DNA of 63,976 nt, the filler included, from Conidiobolus incongruus B7586 (lineage: Eukaryota): assembly GCA_000697335.1 (NCBI GenBank). It is 9 parts of 9 records of this genome, joined end to end, with 100 filler letters (N's around TTAATTAATTAA, not from the genome) between each part and the next. Parts side by side here need not be neighbours in the genome. Positions count along the whole stretch, not along the records: positions 1 to 21,072 come from JNEM01007117.1; 8 more parts are not named here. One strand, 5' to 3'. Under the pieces are notes generated by a model. That model was not told the DNA's origin. It saw only the letters and a list, made by a program, of their open reading frames with translations, and did no database searches. Shown piece after piece: positions 1 to 9,256 of the stretch. Position numbers and translations under genes: made by a program. The stretch's first letter is position 1. The number at the start of each line of letters is the position of its first letter.

Positions 1-876
1 GTTGAGCACGCTTTTCACGGATGGCACGGGCCTTAGCACGGTGAGCTTCAGCTTGATCGGCTAACATCTTAACACGAGCCTTTTCGGCCTTAGCCTTGTG
101 GATGAATTCCATAAGGACACGCTTGTTCTTGAAAACGCTACCCTTACATTTGAGGTAGAGTTCACGGTACAAGTGACGGTCGATTTTAGCGGTTTCGCGG
201 TATTTGCGAAGCATACGACGGAGGACACGTTGGCGGCGCATCCACAAAACCTTAGTGGGCATACGAGCCTCAGCGGTACCACGGCGCTTTCCGTGACCCA
301 TATGACGACCCTTACGCTTGGCTTCAAGTAATTTACGGACGCGGAAGCGAGAGTGAACAACTTGAGGCTTCTTGATGACTAAACCATCCTTGATCAATTT
401 ACGGATGTTTTGACCTATAAAAAGTAAATGGAGTTAAAAGATCGATCGAAATCTGGATCAAATATATAGATCCTTACGAGAGTTAGCATTGCTGATTTCA
501 GTAGCTTCAGTGGGATCTAACCAGACCTTGTTTTTACCACACTTGAGGACGCTGGCAGCGAGACGTTTTTGAGTACGGAGGTTGGCCCTAAATAAGGTAG
601 CAAGTTAGTAAATTGATTCGAATAATTTTTGAAAATTAGATAGTAGGATCAATATATATTATTTTTCATAGGCAGATTTGAAACCAAAGCAATATGATAA
701 ATATTATTTCATTATATTTTTAATAGTTCAATTATTTTAATATAAATTTTTGACTCTAGACTGGAAATACCGCCCAAAATATTATTAATACGTCAAATAC
801 CGAAATAGAATTCGAAACCAAGCGAAAACTAACTAAAATCCCTGAAAAATAATAGAATTAGAGCATTAACTCACAT
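1..876 (-). CDS. RPL19: 60S ribosomal protein L19 (eL19); 3' end runs off the window
   Basis: Exons 876-875 (AT), 587-478 and 414-<1 with GT-AG introns. Spliced translation: [54 protein letters not shown]...[19 protein letters not shown]...[13 protein letters not shown], the eL19 signature. Confidence 0.97.
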
Positions 877-2046
877 CTTTAATTTGAGTCCAGTGGGATG
901 GAAGAAAGAGGATAATTTTTTCAAAATTTTGAATTGGTTTTGTAGTTTAAATCATTTTCTCAAATTTTGGGATAATTCATTCTGATTTGACGAAAATTTT
1001 TACCCTATAAATCTATAATCCCATAATATATAAAATTTTATAAATAATTTTGAATAATTTAAATTACAATTATTTATATTATTTCAATTAAAAATCAACA
1101 TTATATATTTATTTTATTTAATTAACCATATAATAAAGTACACTTTATTACATCATTCTAATCATTATTAAAATCAAAATTTTTTAATTTATTTTTTGTT
1201 AATTATTATTAATTTCAATAATACTCTTATTTAATTCAATTCAACTTTACATGGAAATCACTGAAATAGTTAATTTTATAGGTCGTAATAGTTATAATAT
1301 ATTACCTTTTTGTATTATTCACTCTCATTTTAGTATATATTTTTTAGGTTTATGATTTTAATGAATTTTTAACAAAATATCTATTGAATTAAATTAATAT
1401 CAATGTAATTTAAATTTTATCTTATATAATAAATAAAACTGGAGTCAAAGTTCTTTTGTTATTTAATTTGTCCTTTTCTAGTTTAATTTGATTAAAGTTA
1501 TGATTAAATCTTAAATCAAAATGTATATCAATTTTTTAAATATTTATCAAACTACAGAGATTATAATATTTAATAAAGTTACCAGAATTGATAGATATTA
1601 AGTTCAAATATTATTACTAAATTATTAGAAGAATAGGAAAATTCTTATTTCTATTAAATTTCTAATTATATTTGAAAAAATTACTAGTATACAACATCAA
1701 CTAATAGTATAAAATTTAAAATATTTTAATAATATATTACCTATAAATTTATTTTCCAAAATTAGCAAATTATTACATATATAATTTATAAATGACAACT
1801 TATTAGGAAATTTACTATAATTAACTAGTAATAAAAATTTATTAAAATTCAAACCTTATTAAATACATAATGTTTAATCATAAAATTTTTAAAGTTTTTT
1901 GTTCTTAACCATTTTCATTTATAATTATACTTATCCAAAATTAATCAAATTTGATCACCGATGTCCAAGTTATTCACAGAATCTAGAGATCTCAAGGAGA
2001 CAAGCCTCAACAACAATCCTGGAAGACTAGCTCATTTGACTATTGG

Positions 2047-2432
2047 CTAGCAAAAGAGTATAGTTCTAGCAGTATTGATGTCTTCATCTATTTTTACATC
2101 ATATCAAGGACATTTGAGAATCTTGCTTGATTTAAGTTATATATGCAAAGATTTAAAATTACCATATATTTTACTTATAAAATACTTATCACAAATGGTT
2201 AATTTGCACCAAAGGTACTCTCTTGTTTTGCTAAGTAAGCTTGGCTTAAATTTATAATAAAAATATTTCAAAATTGATTTTACACTTTTACTCCTAATAT
2301 ATTAGCAAATTTCTTATATACCACTTTTTTAATCTTTTTACTCCTTTATTTTTAATTTTTTATCCTTAATTTATAATGTTTTCTATGATAAATTTTATTA
2401 TGAGATTATTTATTTCATAACTTATGACAAAT
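2047..2432 (-). mobile_element. Decayed TnpB/Fanzor (Fanzor2-like) nuclease, C-terminal half; pseudogene
   Basis: Minus frame 2298-2047 reads IRSKSVKSILKYFYYKFKPSLLSKTREYLWCKLTICDKYFISKIYGNFKSLHI*LKSSKILKCP*YDVKIDEDINTARTILFC*. This follows the TnpB/Fanzor pattern E-x-x-TSKxC-x2-C...C-x2-C-x4-DRDxNAARNIL. A second frame, 2432-2301 (HRKHYKLR...KKIKKVVYKKFA), resembles the helix preceding RuvC-II, which itself appears deleted. Confidence 0.75.
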
Positions 2433-3814
2433 ATAATAAAAATACTATATTTTCCTATTAATATTAGATTAATTAGTATTGTTAATTGTAAAATATTCAA
2501 AAATATTATAAATATTATTATATATCTTCATTTAAAAATTGATATGTGTTAATATTATATTGATTTAATCAATAAAAACTTTTTATTCCTTTTATTGACT
2601 TTATTGGACTTGATTCTATATTATTTTCCATATAGGTATCTTTTTAATATTAGAATTATTATACTTCTTTTTTTACAAATAGTTTCATAACTTTGGGGAC
2701 AATTTTTATATAAAATATTTTTTAAAATTAATTATTACTTTATCATTGATTAAAAAGTCATTTAATATCAAAAACTAATTAATAATTCATATTGGGTTTA
2801 TATAGTTTTAATCTTTTTACCTCCATTCCAAAATCCAAGTTTACTCGTCAAAATTTCAACTTGTTTTTGTATTTTAGAGGCAAAAATATAGAATTGTTTA
2901 TATTTGACCAAAGGTGGCAAAAGTGTGTTTAGTGTTATATCATTTTGAACTAAATACTAATGTAAAGCAGTAAGTAAACATTTATACTCCAAGTGATAAT
3001 TCGACTAGGCTTTGATTAAATATTGATAAATATATATTTAAAACCAGTGCAAATATTAAGGAATGTTGAATTTGGGCAATAATTTTATATGGGTAATGCA
3101 TTTGGATAAGTTTTAATTTTAGTTCAAGATATTTTTAATGTATTAATAATAATAAACTATTATATAAATAATTCATACTTATCAATAAAAATGTTTTTGT
3201 TAAGATTTAAATTTGATTTTAAATATTAATATAAGGATTTATAAGCAGAGTATAAACCAAATTATATACTAAGTGATATTTTTTATTAAATAATTTTGAA
3301 ACTTTTTTATAACGGTATTATAACAATATCATCTCAATTTTTGTATTAAATATTGTTATGATTTCAATACTAATTAAATCAATTATTCAAATTATATCAA
3401 ATTTTAATTTACGAGGGACTATATTTTACGAACTTTAAAACCTATTAATTACCCAATTATCTTTGATATTTTTATAATTATCATATTACAGAATGTAATC
3501 AAAATATAATGATTTCATTTTTTATAAAGGATTATTGAATAAAATAGAAAATTAAGCATATTTAACTTATAATTTTAAGTTATAAAAATATATCAATATT
3601 AACAATTAAAATATTGTAAATTTGTTATTTATATTACTAAAACTAATATTTTATTATTTTATTAAGATTTTTATAGAAATAATTAATTAATATAAGTAAT
3701 AAATTTCTATATAAATATTTAAAAATTTTTTTCCATACTAAATTTTTATATTATAATATAAATTTAAAAAATTAAAAAAAAATAATTTATTAAATTAATT
3801 CAAATCAAACTCCC

Positions 3815-3844
<30 letters not shown>
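3815..3844 (+). repeat. (TTA)10 microsatellite
   Basis: Read directly from the sequence. Confidence 0.9.
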
Positions 3845-3845
<1 letters not shown>

Positions 3846-3865
3846 ATTGGTAAAATTTCTTATAT

Positions 3866-5176
3866 TTAATTATTTTGATAAATACTCAAAGATCGCATTG
3901 TCCAAAAACTTGATCTACCTACCCTCGGACTACTCAAACTCGCACTCGTGGATGTCGACCCGGGGGAGAATGTGTCGGAGGGTCGACTCTTTGGCGAGGA
4001 TGGGTATCTTTGTACCGAGCCACGTCTACGCCTGTTCATGAGGTAGTGGTTCGGGTTGTTCGTGGGACTGCTGCTGAGGGTCGGTGAAGTTGGCGATGGC
4101 ATCGGTGGCACGGGGAGTTGTGGCGGTGCGCAGAACATGAGGCCAATTCGCTCTTGATCCGTATTCCAATGGGGCGAGCATAGTTGGTAGATCAGTGGAA
4201 TGTTGATCTCGTTCTTTTCAATAAATCGAAAGCGAAGATACTCGGTTTCAAAGTATGCACCCTTGCAGTAGGTACATTCGCGCTGGCGGTATAAAAGATT
4301 TGTAACTGGTCGCGGGAGATTGACGAGATCGTATATTTCGAGCAGCTTGGGCACAGGCTGCTGAGGAGTGATAACAGTGGATGACGAAGTTAACTTGAGG
4401 GAATGTCGGTTTGATTTTTTAGGGGTGTTCGGTCGCTGGGTAGCCTTTGCTAGTGCTTTGAAGTGGTGATAATGACGATAATAATTTGCTAGGCAACGAG
4501 CAGATAACTCCATCAGACTAAGAACACCTTTCCTTTCCTTTGAGTTAATAATTTCTATTTGATTCTCGTCTATCATGGGACATCCTTCTGATCTCAAAAT
4601 TCTCAGTCCAGGCAATTTGCCTAGTTGTGCGGGGAAGGATGTAATTAAATTGTGACTTACATCTAATGTAGATAAATTGGAAAGTTGACCAATATCAGTA
4701 GGTAGCTCTCTCAATTTGTTATGATGAACTGAGAGTAGATTTAACTTGGTTAGATTTGTGATGGAGTTGGGTAAGCTTTTTAATTTGTTATTATTTAATT
4801 TTAATTCGATAAGTTTGACAAGTTGGCCAATTGAGTCGGGTATTTTAGTAAGTTGATTTTTGCTAATATCTAATATAGTTAGTTGAGTTAGTTGGCCAAT
4901 TTCCGTGGGTAGTCGAGTGAGTAAGTTGCAACATAGTTGGAGACATTGAACTAATGGTAATTGTATAATCGTTGGATTGAGTTGAACGAGGCTCTGTGAA
5001 CAAAGTGTGATGGAGTGGTGTCGATGATTGTGGCGACCCATAATATGTTGGATTGTAAGCGGTACCAGTTGATAATGTTGGATGGGCATATCTAGAGGGG
5101 GAGACAAGATAGCAGACTGGACCAAGAAATGGCCAATAGGTGCCTGCATCTGGTCTTTAGTCAATTTATTCCCCAT
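3866..5176 (-). CDS. Leucine-rich repeat protein with a BC-box-like and Cys-containing C-terminal region (LRRC58-like architecture)
   Basis: 436-aa ORF with about 6 LxxLxLxxNxL repeats, then LSLMELSARCL and CTYCKGAYF...PLIYQLCSPHW. The N-terminal MGNKL is a possible myristoylation signal. Confidence 0.85.
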   Translation of the reverse strand: MGNKLTKDQMQAPIGHFLVQSAILSPPLDMPIQHYQLVPLTIQHIMGRHNHRHHSITLCSQSLVQLNPTIIQLPLVQCLQLCCNLLTRLPTEIGQLTQLTILDISKNQLTKIPDSIGQLVKLIELKLNNNKLKSLPNSITNLTKLNLLSVHHNKLRELPTDIGQLSNLSTLDVSHNLITSFPAQLGKLPGLRILRSEGCPMIDENQIEIINSKERKGVLSLMELSARCLANYYRHYHHFKALAKATQRPNTPKKSNRHSLKLTSSSTVITPQQPVPKLLEIYDLVNLPRPVTNLLYRQRECTYCKGAYFETEYLRFRFIEKNEINIPLIYQLCSPHWNTDQERIGLMFCAPPQLPVPPMPSPTSPTLSSSPTNNPNHYLMNRRRRGSVQRYPSSPKSRPSDTFSPGSTSTSASLSSPRVGRSSFWTMRSLSIYQNN

Positions 5177-6589
5177 GATTTATAAGTATGACAATGAAGA
5201 CTAGACAATTTGTATAAAATCTAAAAGAGAAATATGTACAAAGGTATCAATCACAGGGTACGGTGATTAAAAATTAAATAAATAAAGTCATTAATCGCAG
5301 CTGAGCGACTGTTGATGAGTGCAAAATGAAAGGAATTAATTGAAAAATTTTGTTGATAATTGATTTGGAGCATATTTATATGAACTGATAATATTGTAAA
5401 TGTTTTTAGATGGTCAGTTAGGAAATTTTTTCATCAACAAATGAGATATACTCGTCTTAATTAGAGTTTGTAAAGATTTTCATTGGCTCTAGTGGGACAA
5501 GCAGGCCAATGATAATAGTGACGAAATTTGAATTTATTATGAATTAACTGAATGCAGCTAATGATGATGTTTTTGAATTGTTAAAATTTAGTGTATTGAT
5601 CTCATTATTTAATTATCAAAAACACGAGTCCAATAAATTCAAGTTTTTGAAATTGGCCAATCATTGATCTGGATTGGTTGATTATGGTGCTGGATTGAAA
5701 TTAACCATGTGGTAGGTTGTGGGGTGTGCTAACGCTCCCAGTATTCTTGGTGCCTGATGAATTCGACGTATTGTTGATATATTCATTTGATACCCCATAT
5801 TCATAAACATTTAATTTAGACAATTATATCATTAGACTAATAAATTAAAAATGTTCTTGTGAATCAGATTATTATATGAAATCACTGATATTTTATGTTA
5901 AATTCATTTAAAAAAAGCAATGAATAGTAAAGTTAAATGCTATAATCAAAATTGATAAAAACGCAGATTTATAATAGTCTAATAAAAAGGAGTTATCAAA
6001 TTTATATTAGAGTAATTTGTCTAAGCTAATATCCATTAATTAATTATCAATTAATTTACTCATCGTTTCATAATAAAGTCATATTTTTGAACAAATAGAA
6101 TATATTGTTATAGATGATGGACACGATTATATCGATTTGGTAATGTAACATAATTAGAGTACATTATACCAAATTATTTATTTTTAGTATAGCAAAGAGT
6201 GAAAAAAATAATAATCAAGTTGATTTTATTACAACATAAAAAAATAGTTTATAAAGTTCAGAAAAATATACCATTTTTTATTAATTAATTTTTTCAATTT
6301 TCAATTTTTATTTAATCATATATGAATATTTAATAATGATTCATAAATTTTTTTGATTTAAGTTATAGTATACGATCCTTTTAGCAATTTATTTTTTAAT
6401 CTAATAAAATTTTTTTCTCTATTTATCTTACCAATAATTTTATCAATTTTGTTTAATATTATTTTAAAAAATAATAATGATATATTTTTTAATTTTTGAT
6501 CTTTTAAATATTATTATTAATTTTATATTTTAAATTATATATAAAATAAATAAAAGCTTTTATAGTTTTAATATATATATATATATATA

Positions 6590-6760
6590 TGCTTTAAATA
6601 ATTAAATAATATGCTTATAAGAAAGAAAGTTTTTATAAACCAATTTAATTAATTTATAAAATATTAAATTTTAGTCTTTAATAAAAAATTATTTCCCAAA
6701 TATTAGAAACTTACCAATAATATAATAAAGAGTTATCAATATTAGGTTATAATATTGATT
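6590..6760 (+). mobile_element. mariner transposase C-terminal fragment (relic)
   Basis: Aligns by eye with 41490-41633. Translates IRNLPII**RVINI, compared with the mariner C-terminus GIxKLPxRWQKVID. Confidence 0.5.
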
Positions 6761-7178
6761 TTATATTATATATTTGAATTTAATTTTAAAAATTTATTAT
6801 TATATTTGAAGAAATATATTAAAATTTTGAATTAATTGATATGATTTTATTAACTAAAGATTTTTAAAAATATATATAATTTTTATCTTTATTTGGAATA
6901 GTCAATATTTGAAAAAATATTTCAAAATGAAATTTTATTTAATTTTAATATAAAATTGAATATTAATTAGCAACTAATTTTTTATATTTAAAATCCCTTA
7001 TTAAATTATTTATAATGGATTAATAAACTGTTACTTATGATCTGATCACACCACCCAAAAGCAATCTTATCCCACAACTAATATGTGATCATCCTATTAA
7101 TGTTGATTAATTATAAAAACCATCAAGTGACTTACATTTTGATTAATGAATCGTGTCAAATTAAACAATTTATTAAAA

Positions 7179-7590
7179 ATGGTGCAATCTTCAAAAATTC
7201 AGCATGATAATAAGAGACATTTCTTTTATATTGAATTAGAAGGTACTAAAGGTAAGATTTTAGTAATTGACTATTGAAATTAACTCATTAATAAATGTTA
7301 TTAGAAATAACTCATTTAGATTATAGATTAATCGATGATAAAACTATCGAATATTATCATACTGTAAATGTTATTAAATTATTGATTTAATTTGTGAAAT
7401 TAATATATTTTTTTAGTTTAATCCCAAACTTCCTCAAGCTAAAGGAAAAGCTAAAGAAATTGTACTTTATGGGTTGGATTATGCGAAAGAAAACAATTAC
7501 AAAGTGATTCCATCATGTTGGTACGTCGAAAAGGTGATCTATGACAGCGGTGATAAGTATAAGAGTTTGTTAGTTCAAAGTAAACTTTAA
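7179..7590 (+). CDS. Small GNAT acetyltransferase (NATD1/YjdJ, Acetyltransf_CG family), 101 aa, with C-terminal PTS1 SKL
   Basis: Exons 7179-7251, 7305-7363 and 7417-7590 (306 nt, GT-AG introns). Protein: MVQSSKIQHDNKRHFFYIELEGTKEITHLDYRLIDDKTIEYYHTFNPKLPQAKGKAKEIVLYGLDYAKENNYKVIPSCWYVEKVIYDSGDKYKSLLVQSKL. It has the HT, GxA and V-x-P-x-C-x-Y motifs of the family. Confidence 0.88.
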
Positions 7591-7673
7591 TATTTGATAA
7601 ATTGTTAAATAATATTAAATAAAATTTCTTTAATTAAAATTAGATTAGTTGATCCATCTCAAAAAAGAGATGG

Positions 7674-7744
7674 GCAATGGTGGTTTAGTGGTATAATTAC
7701 CGCCTGCCACGCGGTAGACCGGGGTTCGATTCCCCGCCATTGCA
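7674..7744 (+). tRNA. tRNA-Gly (GCC)
   Basis: Acceptor stem GCAATGG/CCATTGC, D arm TTTAGTGGTATAA, anticodon stem ACCGC/GCGGT with loop CTGCCAC, T loop GTTCGATTC, and a T-run terminator just downstream. Confidence 0.97.
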
Positions 7745-8251
7745 ATTCTTTTTATAATATATTACTTTTTATCTAATTTTATTTTTTTCAACTTTTCTCA
7801 ATTTGTCTAAATGAAAAAACGCACTCATTAACCAAGACCAATTAACTTCAAATTAAATTGTGAGACATATACCAAAGTAGTAAATCTTATCCCACTCAAA
7901 AAATTTAACTATTCCAAATCATTTTTAGACTTGAAAAAAACAACATTAAATTTGAAGATGGAAAGCAATACAATTAAAATAAACTAATAAGATTGAAAAT
8001 TTCAAGTAATTGTCACACTGGTTTAACTTTTTATTATTTGAAACTTTATTTTATGGATGAAGTTTAAATTGAACAAATAAAATAAAAAACTTAAATTTAG
8101 CTCAATCTACTAGTCATAGACTTTAAAGTGTCATGTTGGTTAAGTGTAGGTGGAAACCTCTAAGCCCTCTTAATACATATATAAAACTTAAAGAATTACA
8201 GTTTCTTTTGAAGTATTGAATTAATTTTTTTTAATTCTAAAATTTTAAAAT

Positions 8252-9256
8252 ATGTCGGATACTACTGTTACTACAAATCTGACCAAGAAAGCTACCGATC
8301 AACTATTTCGATTGGATTCCAAAGTGATCTCGGGTACGAATTCCCTAAAATTAATTAGAACTTCTTCAAATCCTCAGCATATGGATGGTAGTAAGTCGAA
8401 TCCTAGTAAAAATTTGGTGGATTTGAATTGCTTGATCCTCAAAGCCATTTCCAACAATTTGACCGATACCGTTAAGTTTCTTATTTCAGAAGGTGCTGAT
8501 GTCAATTTTGCTAGTCCCTGGAGTGATAGTGGTCGTGGTCCCTTCGATTATATTACACCGCTTGGTAAGGCATGTCAGTTGGGCAACATGACAATGGTTA
8601 AGCTGTTAATTGACATGGGTGCTAATGTTAACCAATTTCATAGCTTAGCACTCCTCATAGCTATTCAATATGACCAACCAAGGATTATTGAGTATTTACT
8701 AGAGCGCCAAGTTGAACTGAATTTCACCATTCATCAAGAGAAAAATCCCCTGCAGTTAGTGTTCAACAACAAGAATCTCAGATGCTTTAAGCTGTTACTG
8801 CCATTCAGTTTGGTGCAAATATCTCTCGAGTTAATTTTCCTCAACTGCTGCAGACTTGGATTACTACCATTCTGTCAGTACATGCTAACCCAAGTGGACC
8901 GCAGGGAGCATTTGGTGGACAAAAACAATGCCAATCCTTTATTCGTCAATATCAAAAACCAAAATTGGCCCATGGTGCGGTTCCTGCTCGACAATTTTTA
9001 CGACACTAAAACCCTAAACAATATCGACGAATTTGCATCCGTCATGGACTTGGAGAAAGCTAGGGGCATCGATACAAGTGCCATAGACTCAGATCAAGAC
9101 GACGAAAAACCTTTAAAATGTCACCTCAATCTCTACAATTTGTTATCAACTGAAGACGAATTTCACAAGAGTTCATGTCCCCCTTGCTATCCCCGCATTC
9201 CATCTGTTATTGAGTGTACTAACAATGCGAAGAAGACATTTCTAGCTCAAATTTAA
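8252..9256 (+). CDS. Ankyrin repeat protein
   Basis: 334-aa ORF with ankyrin motifs VKFLISEGADVN, TPLGKACQLGNMTMVKLLIDMGANVN and NPLFVNIKNQNWPMVRFLL. Confidence 0.88.
   Translation: MSDTTVTTNLTKKATDQLFRLDSKVISGTNSLKLIRTSSNPQHMDGSKSNPSKNLVDLNCLILKAISNNLTDTVKFLISEGADVNFASPWSDSGRGPFDYITPLGKACQLGNMTMVKLLIDMGANVNQFHSLALLIAIQYDQPRIIEYLLERQVELNFTIHQEKNPLQLVFNNKNLRCFKLLLPFSLVQISLELIFLNCCRLGLLPFCQYMLTQVDRREHLVDKNNANPLFVNIKNQNWPMVRFLLDNFYDTKTLNNIDEFASVMDLEKARGIDTSAIDSDQDDEKPLKCHLNLYNLLSTEDEFHKSSCPPCYPRIPSVIECTNNAKKTFLAQI

Noticed and set aside
61..360. ORF-track entries 61-360 and 98-331, and similar short ORFs overlapping the LRR, GH5, FUSC, nexin, dUTPase and tRNA-Phe loci
   Set aside because: They are alternative-frame or antisense shadows of real genes.
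1500..1930. Possible Tc1-like N-terminal relic on the plus strand beside the Fanzor end, and a similar weak trace at 32400-32760 on the minus strand
   Set aside because: Only vague HTH-like similarity and no catalytic motif. Too decayed to call or to link to the Fanzor as its transposase.
2075..2257. 60-aa plus-strand ORF
   Set aside because: Antisense shadow of the Fanzor relic, with no recognisable motif.
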